A stretch of DNA of 64,000 bases from an uncultured virus (IMG/VR IMGVR_UViG_3300027754_002682) (IMGVR_UViG_3300027754_002682); one strand, 5' to 3'; numbered from the stretch's first letter, positions 50,376-60,942 are shown. Numbers and translations are program-made. Notes: generated by a model from the sequence alone, not told the origin.

Positions 50376-52402
50376 TATATTGCCCTCCCTTTAATGTCTT
50401 TGTTAGGAAATTTAACTTCAAATATACATGGGTCTAAAGAAGGATAGACAATCTTACCTTTAGTTGCTGCATCTATATTATATCTATTTGGAGAATAGTT
50501 TTCGTTGTTATCACTTTTACAAATGTTGAATATTTTAACCGATGGTACACTCATTACCCCCTCTACGTTTGCAAGTATTAATTCTATTTCTGAAATGTTT
50601 ATTGGTTTGTTAAATGTCCAATTATCTATATTAAAATAATCTTGTATTTCAGTTAAACAACTTGCAATAACTTCTCTTTTATTAAAATTAGAATATACTG
50701 ATATTTCAAAATCACAACCCACATTAACAATAAACCCATCAATAATATTAATTGCGTCGGTCATCATTCTATACTCATTCAAATAAATTTTAAGATTATC
50801 TTTGATTGCTCCATTTAAAAGTGTTAAATGTTTATTTTCATTATAACCTAAAAGATACATATTAATAGCAAATGGATTATTTACTTCTGCAATATTAGTT
50901 TTCTTTTGAGTAAGATATTTTACAAGTTCTGTTTGTATTTGTGTATTGGTAGCGGTTTGTAATGATTTTACTAAGTTAGTAAATTCTGCTATGTTTTGTG
51001 GACTTGCTAAAATAGATGAAGGACTATTATTGTCAATTTCACCATCTGGGCTAACATATACTTTTGCAACACTACCATATCTTTCCGGCATTGATAATGC
51101 TCTTACAATATAGTCTTGTCTTGTTACTGCTCTATTTTGAGAACCAAATGTTGCTAATGCATTTTGTCTAATTTCTTCTATTGTTTCGGCACCTCTACCA
51201 CCGGTTGCTGGTTCTAAATTTTCAACTGCAATAGAATTTTTTATTTCGTTGTATGCACCTATATTTTCTTGACTCAATGATAATAAATCTTCATCAAATT
51301 CAATTTTTCTAATTTTTGTTAAATCTCCTGTATTTACATTTGATGTGACACCACCACCTACTAAATAAGTTACATTTAATGTTTTATTTATAGGTGCAAT
51401 ACCGAATGTGTTTGTCTTTAAAAAATTAGATGGGTCAATTCCTTGATTTAATCTACTAATGCAATTTGCTAATCCTAATCCAATATTTTTAGTATTAGGT
51501 AATAGTTGTTCGTCTCCACTTGCATTATTACCACTTCCAAATTGTAAATCCATCGTATTATCCGAATTTACTTTAACTGAAAATCTATATGGTACTTTTT
51601 GTACTTCTAAAATATATGGAACAAATGAAGATGATTGATATGTATCACTATTTGATTGTATATTTGGTTGTTCTACAAAAATACTTTCTTGTGCTAAATA
51701 AGGTACTTCATAATATGTTGTACCATCTGCAGAATCTTTTACCGATGTTATTTGTATAATATTTGTATCATTTAATGTAGCAGTTGGGTAATCACCATCA
51801 TTATCAAAAATTAATGATGTACTAGTTTCTCTTGCAGAAATTACTTTTATTTTCTTTGCAACTAAATATTTTGTTGGTTGTCCTTGTGCATCTCTTTCAT
51901 ATACATCGGTCTCTCTATCAGTCGGATTTGCGAAATCTAAAGAATCCGTAGTTATAAATGTAATATCAGGGTCAGAAGAAGATTGTACTTCTAATCCAGC
52001 TTTTACTTTAAGATAATAATTTTCATCAGGTGAAAAAGTTGCATCATTTTTAGCTAAAACTAATTGATAAACGGTTAATGTAGTTACTGCAGGAGTAACT
52101 ACTTTTGGTTTATATCCCAATGATTGTGCCAATGCTACTACATTCTTTTTTTCCGTTGCATGTGATAACATCGATTCTTTTAATTGTGTATCTTGATAAA
52201 AAGATAACATATCACCTATTGCAGCTGCTTGTTCTACAAACACCATACCAGGTGATGATTCGTTAAAATCCGAATATGTGTTTGGAAAATATGTTTTAGT
52301 AAATTCAATAAGATTTTGTTTTAATGTTGCAAAATCTTTACCTACATATGATATTTTTTTATTATCGTTTCCCCAACTTTTATCTAAAGGTTTAAGTGCC
52401 AT
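50375..52402 (-). CDS. Baseplate wedge subunit (T4 gp6-like)
   Basis: KDFATLKQNL, YSDFNESSPG, LSFYQD, LQFGSG, ATGGRGAETIEEIR, QNRAVTRQDY. Confidence 0.9.
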   Translation of the reverse strand: MALKPLDKSWGNDNKKISYVGKDFATLKQNLIEFTKTYFPNTYSDFNESSPGMVFVEQAAAIGDMLSFYQDTQLKESMLSHATEKKNVVALAQSLGYKPKVVTPAVTTLTVYQLVLAKNDATFSPDENYYLKVKAGLEVQSSSDPDITFITTDSLDFANPTDRETDVYERDAQGQPTKYLVAKKIKVISARETSTSLIFDNDGDYPTATLNDTNIIQITSVKDSADGTTYYEVPYLAQESIFVEQPNIQSNSDTYQSSSFVPYILEVQKVPYRFSVKVNSDNTMDLQFGSGNNASGDEQLLPNTKNIGLGLANCISRLNQGIDPSNFLKTNTFGIAPINKTLNVTYLVGGGVTSNVNTGDLTKIRKIEFDEDLLSLSQENIGAYNEIKNSIAVENLEPATGGRGAETIEEIRQNALATFGSQNRAVTRQDYIVRALSMPERYGSVAKVYVSPDGEIDNNSPSSILASPQNIAEFTNLVKSLQTATNTQIQTELVKYLTQKKTNIAEVNNPFAINMYLLGYNENKHLTLLNGAIKDNLKIYLNEYRMMTDAINIIDGFIVNVGCDFEISVYSNFNKREVIASCLTEIQDYFNIDNWTFNKPINISEIELILANVEGVMSVPSVKIFNICKSDNNENYSPNRYNIDAATKGKIVYPSLDPCIFEVKFPNKDIKGRAI

Positions 52403-52407
52403 TTCTA

Positions 52408-52848
52408 TTAATTGTTATTTACATTTATTGTTACCGATTCTCCTAAATTTGGATTTGACACTAATGAAAATTTTAATTCTAGGTTTATTCTATTATTATC
52501 TATATCATTATTATCATAATCAAATATAATCTCATCTATGCTTAAATATGGTAACCAATTTGATACCGCATCTAATATAGTAGATTCAATTTTAGTTTCT
52601 ATTAATCCGCCATCCATTTGTTCAAATAATACTTTATATATATCACAACCAAATGTTGGATTCATAATTCTTTCTCCCTTCCTTGTTAATATTAGATTTT
52701 TTAAATTATCTTTAGCTTGGGTTAGTGTTGTATAATTAACGGCAAATATACCACCTTTATCAGAATTTTTATTTATTCCAATACCAAGTATTTTATAATC
52801 ATTTTCCGTTAAATCGGTAACATTTACTTTACCAAGTTCTATTGCCAT
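52408..52848 (-). CDS. Baseplate wedge/sheath initiator (T4 gp25-like)
   Basis: NLKNLILTRKGERIMNPTFGC...LFE...WLP. Confidence 0.92.
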   Translation of the reverse strand: MAIELGKVNVTDLTENDYKILGIGINKNSDKGGIFAVNYTTLTQAKDNLKNLILTRKGERIMNPTFGCDIYKVLFEQMDGGLIETKIESTILDAVSNWLPYLSIDEIIFDYDNNDIDNNRINLELKFSLVSNPNLGESVTINVNNN

Positions 52849-53351
52849 TATTTAAATCTTTTTACTAATTCTGAATAATCTCTTGTCAAAGCTTTCATGG
52901 TTGCGTCTTGTAGTGCGTCTCCTGTTGATTCCATTTGTTGTGGAATATTTTGTGGAACACCGGCTTCTCTAAAATCCATTGTATTCCAATCTTCATCCAT
53001 TTGCATAGTTGGTTGAATCATATCTAATACACTACTACCATTTCCACCATTACCACCTTCTACTCTTTGTGCAGATGTAAATGGTTGAGTCATATTCAAA
53101 ATCTCATTTATCATGGGGTCTTTTGAAAATTCCCTTTGAGGTTTTGATGATTGTTGAATTGGTTGTTGTCTTTTAACCGGTGTAGGAGTAACTTCTGTCA
53201 TCTCTCTTAATGATGGAGTAGATGCTTTCTTTTGTGAGTTTAATGTAACTGCACCAGATTTAATTAGTTTAACAAGTTCTTCTTTTACTTGTAACTTAAC
53301 TTCGTTTTTAACAACTTCTTTAATTAAAGTTAATAAAATTTCTGATTTCAT
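52848..53351 (-). CDS. Hypothetical protein
   Basis: 167-aa ORF, IKEVVKNEV N-terminus, ALTRDYSEL C-terminus; ATATTTAT upstream. Confidence 0.7.
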   Translation of the reverse strand: MKSEILLTLIKEVVKNEVKLQVKEELVKLIKSGAVTLNSQKKASTPSLREMTEVTPTPVKRQQPIQQSSKPQREFSKDPMINEILNMTQPFTSAQRVEGGNGGNGSSVLDMIQPTMQMDEDWNTMDFREAGVPQNIPQQMESTGDALQDATMKALTRDYSELVKRFK

Positions 53352-53399
53352 AATAATTGTTTTGTATATGTTTTAGTAATAAATATTTGATTTAATAAT

Positions 53400-54632
53400 T
53401 TATCCAATAACTCTATAACCTGTCCAATTTATAATTGCTTTGTTAGGTGGTGCAGGTGGTGGATATTGTGCTATTACCATCATTGTTCCACTAACTCCCA
53501 TTAAATGAAATTTAGCTACATTTACAAATGGTTCTAATAATATATTTGTTGGATATGAAAATATAAATGTTGGTGGAATAAACCATATATTTGGAATTTC
53601 TGGAATTTTATCTTTAATTAAATCATATGCCATAGCCTTTAATTCCTCTTTAGTTGGAATTTTATCTTTTATCATTTCTTTTAATTCCTTTCTTGTTGGT
53701 ATTTTTGGTATGGCAATTCCTGGAAGTTCAATATCAGGTACTATTCCATCTATTGTGTCTTTTACAAATTTCTTAATTTCTTTTTTTGTTGGTTTTGGAT
53801 TTGGAATATTATCGGCTAGAGCAATTGCAGATTCTATAGCTGCATGTATTGGTGTTAATATTGTTTCTTCTATTGGTTTTATAATACTTTCTTCTATAAT
53901 TTTAATTGCTTCATCTATTAATTTATTTTCGGCTTTTTTAATTATATCTTTTCTTTTTGGTAATTCTGGAAATGGGAATTTTATAGCAGCTTTTATTTGA
54001 GAACCTATTGATGGTTTTTTCTTTTTTGCTTCTTCGTATTTTTTATAAATTTCAATTGATTGTTCTATTATAGGATGATTTTTTATTTTATCATCTACTA
54101 CTTCTTTTTTAATAATTTTAAGGATTGTCTCATAAATATTTACTTCCCCTATTGGTGGTATATTTACAGTTTTTTGTTTTAACTCATCTACAAGTTTTTT
54201 TAAAGTTTCTTTTAAAGCTTTATGTATTGCGGCAGATAATGTTAATGAAATTGGGTCTGGTCCAATATTAGCAATTGTACCTGGTGCAGGTGGAGTACTA
54301 GGCCATCCTCCAGGAGTCAATAGTGGATTTGGTATAGGTGCCATTTCTGCACCCCTCCAATATGCATCAAATGCTGTTGGATATATTTCTTCTAATAAAT
54401 TAAAATTTTCACCAGCTGAGTCTATTCCTTTTTGAAATGCGTTCTTTATAATACTTGCCATACCGGTTACATTTCCATTCATAACAGGAACACCATAAAC
54501 CATATCACCACCTCTTTTAATACAACTATCGTATTCCTTAGCAATAAACTCAGCCATTCCACTTATATCTTTTGCATATCGGAATGTCACCATTGCTGCT
54601 AATACATTTACTTTATATATTGTCCAAGACAT
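53400..54632 (-). CDS. Hypothetical protein with Lys/Pro-rich internal repeats
   Basis: 410-aa ORF; IPT(K/R)(K/E)EL repeats. Confidence 0.65.
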   Translation of the reverse strand: MSWTIYKVNVLAAMVTFRYAKDISGMAEFIAKEYDSCIKRGGDMVYGVPVMNGNVTGMASIIKNAFQKGIDSAGENFNLLEEIYPTAFDAYWRGAEMAPIPNPLLTPGGWPSTPPAPGTIANIGPDPISLTLSAAIHKALKETLKKLVDELKQKTVNIPPIGEVNIYETILKIIKKEVVDDKIKNHPIIEQSIEIYKKYEEAKKKKPSIGSQIKAAIKFPFPELPKRKDIIKKAENKLIDEAIKIIEESIIKPIEETILTPIHAAIESAIALADNIPNPKPTKKEIKKFVKDTIDGIVPDIELPGIAIPKIPTRKELKEMIKDKIPTKEELKAMAYDLIKDKIPEIPNIWFIPPTFIFSYPTNILLEPFVNVAKFHLMGVSGTMMVIAQYPPPAPPNKAIINWTGYRVIG

Positions 54633-54633
54633 C

Positions 54634-55881
54634 TTATTTACTTAAATAGTTTCTTGCAGAAAGTATAGTTTTTAATCTGCTTTTTATAGATTTAAATGCT
54701 GGTATGTTTTCAGGTCCAGGTGCAGTGGAGCCACAACTAGTAGCATATTTTTGTTTTATGATTTCATCAATTAAATCTTCTAATATTTTTACAAGTTCAC
54801 CACCCATTACCATTTTTTGAAAATCCTCGCCGGCCTGACTCTTTGTTGGTTTTACTCCACCTAACCAAATATTTCCTGTACCCTCTGTTCCAAAAACAAT
54901 ATTTCTATTTGTTTGTAATACAATATTATTATTACTATGAATGTGTGTATCTCCAATAGAATCAACTGTAAATCTACCATCGGTTATAACTCCAGTATTT
55001 CCTTTTCCAAATATAATAAATTCATAAGCTTTTGCTGAAAGGACTACTCTGTCTGAATTTACAAAAAATTGATTACCTTTTAAATCTTTTGAATTTGGAT
55101 ATCCTGTAAATGCAACTTTTTGTTTTTTAATTGTTTCTCTGAATGGAATTTTAACTTTTCCAGAAGTAATATAAACAGATGTCCCATCCTTATCAATACT
55201 TTCTTCTATCAATGTACCAATTGGTTCACTATCCTCTGTTTGATTTTGTTTGTTGCGAATGAATATTGATGGTGAAGATGTTCCTCCTATTGGATTACCA
55301 TTTACAGAGATTTTTTCATCTTCTGTTAAAAAGAATTCTGAAAATCTTATAGTATTTCCGGCTCTACCACTAATGATAGTATCACCATTTCTGGGTTGTA
55401 AAAATTTAATTTTTTCATTAACAACATATCCACCCCTATTTTCTTTTTCTTTGGTGTTTGTGTTGGTTGCATTTGAACCACCGGTTTCTACGGTAGTTCT
55501 AGCATCGGCTGCAGTTTTATTATCACCAATAACTTTATTAGATGTTCTTTCACTTGTGGTAGATATTGAAGACTTTTCTCTATAATTTGGATATGGTGGA
55601 TTTGAATATGGTAAATAAAATGTTTCGTTTTCAATTTTAATAATTGTAACCGTTTCACCCATAATTGGAAATGTAAAATTATTTTTGTCAAATGGAAATG
55701 CATAATCTTCTTCAACAATTGCATTTTGGTATACATAACTTATTGCACCATATAATCTACCACTGTCTTCTTTTGTAAAGTTATTATTATCATTATAAAC
55801 TTTAACACCACCTCTTACTCTATCGTAGGGCTTTTCATTGGTTGGATATACTTTTACAACTCTAGCTAAAAACGATTCCAT
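54634..55881 (-). CDS. Putative baseplate hub/spike protein (gp5/gpV-like)
   Basis: FPIMGETV (OB-like), GDTIISGRAGNTIRF, NSDRVVLSAK, beta-repeat C-terminus; location before gp25/gp6. Confidence 0.6.
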   Translation of the reverse strand: MESFLARVVKVYPTNEKPYDRVRGGVKVYNDNNNFTKEDSGRLYGAISYVYQNAIVEEDYAFPFDKNNFTFPIMGETVTIIKIENETFYLPYSNPPYPNYREKSSISTTSERTSNKVIGDNKTAADARTTVETGGSNATNTNTKEKENRGGYVVNEKIKFLQPRNGDTIISGRAGNTIRFSEFFLTEDEKISVNGNPIGGTSSPSIFIRNKQNQTEDSEPIGTLIEESIDKDGTSVYITSGKVKIPFRETIKKQKVAFTGYPNSKDLKGNQFFVNSDRVVLSAKAYEFIIFGKGNTGVITDGRFTVDSIGDTHIHSNNNIVLQTNRNIVFGTEGTGNIWLGGVKPTKSQAGEDFQKMVMGGELVKILEDLIDEIIKQKYATSCGSTAPGPENIPAFKSIKSRLKTILSARNYLSK

Positions 55882-56285
55882 TATAATTTAGTTTTAATTT
55901 CTTCAATTTCTATTTCCAAATCACCCATTTTTTCTTTTGTCTTTTCTTCTACCGCATTAATGGTATCTTCCATATCCTGCAGTAATTGTGTCTTTTCATG
56001 TTCACTTAACCAACCATCTTCTCCAATACCTTTAGCTTCTGCAGCTGCAAGTCTTTGTGCAATTGTTGCAAGTTTAATTAAATGGTCATCGTTTTTAACC
56101 GACACCTCAATCAAATCTTTTATAATAGGTGCAATCACAGTTGCTTCTCCTACATTTTTAATTAATTTACGAAGGGATTCTATTAACTCAGAAATGTTTT
56201 TCTTTTTGTTTAATTGATTTTCGTATATATCTTTAAATAATGATGATAGATTTTTACCATCAAATAATTGAAATTCTGTTGCCAT
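55881..56285 (-). CDS. Hypothetical helical protein
   Basis: 134-aa ORF. Confidence 0.7.
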   Translation of the reverse strand: MATEFQLFDGKNLSSLFKDIYENQLNKKKNISELIESLRKLIKNVGEATVIAPIIKDLIEVSVKNDDHLIKLATIAQRLAAAEAKGIGEDGWLSEHEKTQLLQDMEDTINAVEEKTKEKMGDLEIEIEEIKTKL

Positions 56286-56286
56286 A

Positions 56287-57054
56287 TTAAATTATGTTGT
56301 TTCCTACTATATAATTATAAAGTTCTTCACTTATTAGATTATAACCCATTTTATTCGGATGTTGAGCTGGATTTTTTGATATCATCTTTATATCTTCAAA
56401 ACAATCTAATTTAGTTTCTTGTAATATATCTCTCATTGTTTTTTTACGATATTCTAAATAATATTTTGTTTTAATCATATTACTAACATCATCTTTTTCA
56501 TTTAGGTCTACTATCATCATATCAAATGCATCTGCCATAACATAGTTTATATCATAAAATTCAAATAACTTTTGTAAAAATATTATATAGTTTTGATTCA
56601 CTATGTTGTAATAGTTTTGATTAAAAAGATTATCTAAAAAAAATGATTTATATTCTCTTAAAAAAGAATCATATGTTTCATTATTACTTTTATAAGAATT
56701 AATAAACTTTTCAGGCAGATTAACTAAATGTTTAACCGACCAACTAACCCATTGTTGTCTTGGTAAAAATGCTGCATAATCCCTCAAAGATGAACTCCAT
56801 AATATAATAACCAAGTCACCTTTTTTAATTCTATTATTTGTAACATCATCTATAATTGAATTAAATATTACAGAATTGGGATTGCCACTTTTGCCATTAT
56901 TTATCCATTGTAGATTTAATTTATCTGCAAGAGATTTTACCCAAGAATTTTCATTTCTATAAATTATTAATTCTTGATTTTTAAGTGTTGTTTCAACTTC
57001 TAAATTACAACCTTCACCCTGTGTCCAACTATCACCATATGCGTGTAGTATCAT
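56287..57054 (-). CDS. SGNH/GDSL-like protein
   Basis: AYGDSWTQG, NNGKSGNPN, ILWS, QHPNKMGY. Confidence 0.8.
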   Translation of the reverse strand: MILHAYGDSWTQGEGCNLEVETTLKNQELIIYRNENSWVKSLADKLNLQWINNGKSGNPNSVIFNSIIDDVTNNRIKKGDLVIILWSSSLRDYAAFLPRQQWVSWSVKHLVNLPEKFINSYKSNNETYDSFLREYKSFFLDNLFNQNYYNIVNQNYIIFLQKLFEFYDINYVMADAFDMMIVDLNEKDDVSNMIKTKYYLEYRKKTMRDILQETKLDCFEDIKMISKNPAQHPNKMGYNLISEELYNYIVGNNII

Positions 57055-58751
57055 TACTTACTAATTAAAAATTTACCCAATACTAAATAATCCATATCAC
57101 AATTATGAAATGTCCAAATTGCTTTTTGTGGGTCATTTGTCATTGTATGGTCTTTTAAGTTAAACGATGTATTCAATAGAATAGGTGTTCCTGTTAGTTT
57201 TTCGAACTCCTTTAATAAGTCATAGTAAAGTGGGTTATCTTCTCTTTTAAGTGTCTGTATCCTTGCCGAATTGTCAACATGTGTTACTGAGGGAATGTTT
57301 ACATCCTTTTTAACTTTGACAACCTGATTCATATATGGAACATCTTCTTCGGATAGAAAATACTTTTGATAATCTTCAATTGTTACCGATGGAGCAAATG
57401 GTCTAAACATTTCTCTCTTTTTGACAACCTTATTAATTCTATCTCTAATGTCGGACAAATGTGGATTACCCAATATAGAACGATTACCCAATGCTCTTGC
57501 ACCAAATTCAGTTCTACCTTGAAACCAACCTATAATATTGCCTTCTTCAATTAGTTTCGCAACCTCTTTACATAGTGTTTGATGAGTATCGTGCATTATA
57601 ACTTTACTTCTATGATTTTGTAATATAATTTTAAGTAATTCAGGGTTAGTCCATTCCTCACCCAAATACGGAGATTGATTATCCCCACCTTTCACTTTTG
57701 GATTGCCGAATGTTTGATGATAATGATATAAACATGCACCTATTGCAGAACCACTATCCGATGGAGCAAATGGTATAAATACATTCTTAATTGCCGTAAA
57801 GTGTTTGATTTTACCATTGGCAGTTCCATTATATGCACAACCACCACCTAATACTAAATTTTCACATTCCCAAATATTTGTAATTCTATTGATAATAAAA
57901 TATAATGCAGCTTCATACCATCTTTGTAATGAAGCAGCTAAGTCTTTATGATGTTGTTCTATTGGTTCATCTTTGAAACGTGGAGGAAATCCAATTAAAT
58001 CTATTAACTTATCATTAAACATATCGTTATCCGATGTATGCCATGTAAAGTAAGACATGTCCATCTTTACGATGTCGATTTCACCACCGGTAGTAACAAC
58101 TTTGTCAAATATGTTATTGTATTTTTGATTATCCCCATATGGAGCAAGTCCCATTACTTTATACTCACCTTCGTTTGGTTTGAATCCTAAATAAGCAGTA
58201 AATGCTGAATATATCAATCCTAACGAATGTGGAAAGTGTAATGTTTGTATTTTGTGAAACCCCTTCTCATCACACATTGCAGCGTATATAGTATGTGACT
58301 CACCAACTCCATCAATTGACAAACCTATTGCTTTATCAAATGGTGATGTATAGTAAGATAGTGCCAAATGTGAATGGTGATGTAATGAATATAAAATTTC
58401 TCCATCATATCCAATTGATTCTAATATTCCTTTTAAGTTACCTTCTGTTTCATTCCATCTTTTAATAAACTTTCTCCATTTCATTGGATATCTTAAACCA
58501 CCCCACTTACCAATCGTCTCTCTAACTCTTTCAAATTTATCGTTTGGATTTTCATACCAACAAACCATATCAATTTCATCAATTGTTATTTTTGCATATT
58601 CTAAACACCATTGAATTGCTTTAAACGGAAAAGAACTATCATGTTTTTCACCAGATAGTTTTTCTTCTTCAATTGCACATATTACTTTGCCATCTATAAC
58701 TAATGCTGCTGCTGAATCATGGTAAAATGCTGATAAACCTAATTGTATCAT
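57054..58751 (-). CDS. O-carbamoyltransferase (NodU/CmcH family)
   Basis: YHDSAAAL, HHHSH, DGVGE, EYKVMGLAPYG, EFGARALGNRS, FRPFAP, LLNTSFN. Confidence 0.95.
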   Translation of the reverse strand: MIQLGLSAFYHDSAAALVIDGKVICAIEEEKLSGEKHDSSFPFKAIQWCLEYAKITIDEIDMVCWYENPNDKFERVRETIGKWGGLRYPMKWRKFIKRWNETEGNLKGILESIGYDGEILYSLHHHSHLALSYYTSPFDKAIGLSIDGVGESHTIYAAMCDEKGFHKIQTLHFPHSLGLIYSAFTAYLGFKPNEGEYKVMGLAPYGDNQKYNNIFDKVVTTGGEIDIVKMDMSYFTWHTSDNDMFNDKLIDLIGFPPRFKDEPIEQHHKDLAASLQRWYEAALYFIINRITNIWECENLVLGGGCAYNGTANGKIKHFTAIKNVFIPFAPSDSGSAIGACLYHYHQTFGNPKVKGGDNQSPYLGEEWTNPELLKIILQNHRSKVIMHDTHQTLCKEVAKLIEEGNIIGWFQGRTEFGARALGNRSILGNPHLSDIRDRINKVVKKREMFRPFAPSVTIEDYQKYFLSEEDVPYMNQVVKVKKDVNIPSVTHVDNSARIQTLKREDNPLYYDLLKEFEKLTGTPILLNTSFNLKDHTMTNDPQKAIWTFHNCDMDYLVLGKFLISK

Positions 58752-58754
58752 ATT

Positions 58755-59453
58755 TTAAATTTTTATATCACCATATTTATCAAATTCACTATAAAGTGCC
58801 ATTTGTTTTTCTTTCATTTTATTGACAACTTTTGTAATATAATGAGTAGGGTGACCTGTCATTTCTCTAATAAGTAAATATAGTGACTTTTTGTTAAAAT
58901 TTTCTATGTAATTCGCTCTTCTAAATAATTCTAATACGGAATCTGCAATTTGCATATCTCTTTTCTTTGGAAAATGATTTTCTAAATGTTTATCCCAATA
59001 TTCTAACATTCTAATATTAAATGTTCTATGTTCGTCATTTCTTTCCTCCTCTCTAAAATTATTTTCAGTATCAAATGATTCTGGTAAACCCGACATCACA
59101 TCGGTATCTTTATATCTTTTATAGTTTGCATTATTATTTAAAATAAGATAATTTCTTGCAACAATTGTAAAATAACTAAATGCTTTACCTTTTCCTGCTT
59201 TGTACATATGAATTTTTTCAATCATAAATGCAACAACTTCCGACATTACATCTCTTGGGTCATCATCAAAGTAAGTAAACTTCCATTTATTGTAAACTAT
59301 TTCTGCAAGTTTATCAAATGCAGATGCAATTCGTTCTCTATATAATTTATCTTTAATAAACTGGTCATTAGTAAGATTATACTCAATGATTGCATCTTCG
59401 GTATCTTTTGGAAAATATTGTCTATTCGGCCCTCGCTTCTTTCTAATTGCCAT
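58755..59453 (-). CDS. Phage sigma factor, T4 gp55-like (late transcription)
   Basis: Region-2-like EKIHMYKAGKGKAFSYFTIVARNYLI; N-terminal YF...AIIEYN. Confidence 0.7.
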   Translation of the reverse strand: MAIRKKRGPNRQYFPKDTEDAIIEYNLTNDQFIKDKLYRERIASAFDKLAEIVYNKWKFTYFDDDPRDVMSEVVAFMIEKIHMYKAGKGKAFSYFTIVARNYLILNNNANYKRYKDTDVMSGLPESFDTENNFREEERNDEHRTFNIRMLEYWDKHLENHFPKKRDMQIADSVLELFRRANYIENFNKKSLYLLIREMTGHPTHYITKVVNKMKEKQMALYSEFDKYGDIKI

Positions 59454-59709
59454 TTTTTTGTTGTTTGAATTTTTCTATTGTTTCTTTGATTTGATAAAAT
59501 ATAGAACCAACTTCATCATCCTTCTCAAACATTTCACGACTATCAATTAGTCTCAATGCTTCCAGTAATGCTTCGTTTCTTTCAATTTCTGTTTGTATAA
59601 ATTTTTGTGTATCTTCGTATGCATCTTCGTATTTTTCTAATTTTTTTAGAAGATTGTAAACTACATATGATAATGTAATTATAAGTAATGTAAGTATTGT
59701 ATATATCAT
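59443..59709 (-). CDS. Small membrane-anchored protein; start probably ATG 59709
   Basis: N-terminal TM MIYTILTLLIITLSYVVYNLL; FEKDDEVG motif. Confidence 0.7.
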   Translation of the reverse strand: MIYTILTLLIITLSYVVYNLLKKLEKYEDAYEDTQKFIQTEIERNEALLEALRLIDSREMFEKDDEVGSIFYQIKETIEKFKQQKNGN

Positions 59710-59710
59710 A

Positions 59711-60346
59711 TTAAACGATTTCGTATCCTTGTAAAAATAATTTATTTGCATTTTTGAATTTAACTTCAATCAATTCACCTTCTTTTGATTTCATTACAAT
59801 CTTTTCATTTCTGCCAAAGTCTACTTTTTTAACAACCTGTGTGTTATAAACTCTATCTTTAATGGTAATTCCGTCCAAATGGTCAATTTCATGTTGAACA
59901 ATAACCGTCATCATTGTTTCTTTTGATATGGATTCATTTGTTTTATCACCTTCTGGATTAATTTCAAATGTTAACTCACCCAAATTATCCGTATCAATTA
60001 CGACTTTACAAGCTCTAATAGTTCTTGTTGGTTTTGAAAGTGATGATGGGATAGATAAACACCCTTCCATAAAAAGAAATCCTTCTTTTGACTTTTCTTT
60101 AATAATTGGATTTACTAAGAATAATTCCTCTTCACCCAATTTAATATAACAAGCTCTCTTTTTAATTCCCAATTGAGTTGCTGATATTCCCAATCCAGGA
60201 TATTCAGTTAAACCTTCTTCTAATTGTTTTCTTAACTCATCTGCTTCTTGTTGGGTTATTTCTGATTTTAGTACAGGAGTTTTAAGATACTCTGTAAACT
60301 CTTTTGTTATTAGTCCGTTAGAACCTTTGTCAACTATTAATTTCAT
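59711..60346 (-). CDS. def: Peptide deformylase
   Basis: GLGISATQLG, EGCLS, QHEIDHLDG. Confidence 0.95.
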   Translation of the reverse strand: MKLIVDKGSNGLITKEFTEYLKTPVLKSEITQQEADELRKQLEEGLTEYPGLGISATQLGIKKRACYIKLGEEELFLVNPIIKEKSKEGFLFMEGCLSIPSSLSKPTRTIRACKVVIDTDNLGELTFEINPEGDKTNESISKETMMTVIVQHEIDHLDGITIKDRVYNTQVVKKVDFGRNEKIVMKSKEGELIEVKFKNANKLFLQGYEIV

Positions 60347-60349
60347 ATT

Positions 60350-60559
60350 TTATTTTTTTAATCCGTATTTAATCCATTTATACCAAACTCTTTCGTGAAT
60401 ATAGTATTGTATGGGTTTATAAATCAATTCTGCTACTCCAAATGCTGCTCCAATTTTAATTGAACCACTTATCAACCACATTAATAAGAAACCAACTATG
60501 GTACTTATAATACGATATGAAATGGTTTTAGCAATGTGTCTCTTACGCTCTACTATCAT
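60350..60559 (-). CDS. DUF2061-like small membrane protein
   Basis: RHIAKTISYR...YYIHERVW. Confidence 0.8.
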   Translation of the reverse strand: MIVERKRHIAKTISYRIISTIVGFLLMWLISGSIKIGAAFGVAELIYKPIQYYIHERVWYKWIKYGLKK

Positions 60560-60938
60560 CTTCGGTATCTATATTGTAAACGATTACATCACCATTTGAG
60601 TCGATGTATTTTTTTCTAATTGCAGTTCCACTAATTTGTTCTATTTCTTTTGGTGGTTCGTGATAGATTACATCATATCCTACACCTCTACCATAGTTTA
60701 CACTTTCAATATCAGGAATCATGCTGATTAGAATTTTATCTATGTTTTCTTTTATAAATGTTTCTTCCATTAAATCCATCATGACTCTATGTCCTGATTT
60801 AGGATTGTTTTCATCGTTGGGTACATCCCTAACGGCTATCCAAACATTTTTACCTTTTTGTAATTGTTGATTTATTAACCACTCATGACCTTTATGCCAT
60901 GTTTGCCATCTTCCAATAAATAATGCGTATTTTTTCAT
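60543..60938 (-). CDS. HxGH nucleotidyltransferase-like protein
   Basis: FIGRWQTWHKGH, YGRGVGY, ISGTAIR. Confidence 0.85.
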   Translation of the reverse strand: MKKYALFIGRWQTWHKGHEWLINQQLQKGKNVWIAVRDVPNDENNPKSGHRVMMDLMEETFIKENIDKILISMIPDIESVNYGRGVGYDVIYHEPPKEIEQISGTAIRKKYIDSNGDVIVYNIDTEDDSRA

Positions 60939-60942
60939 ATTT

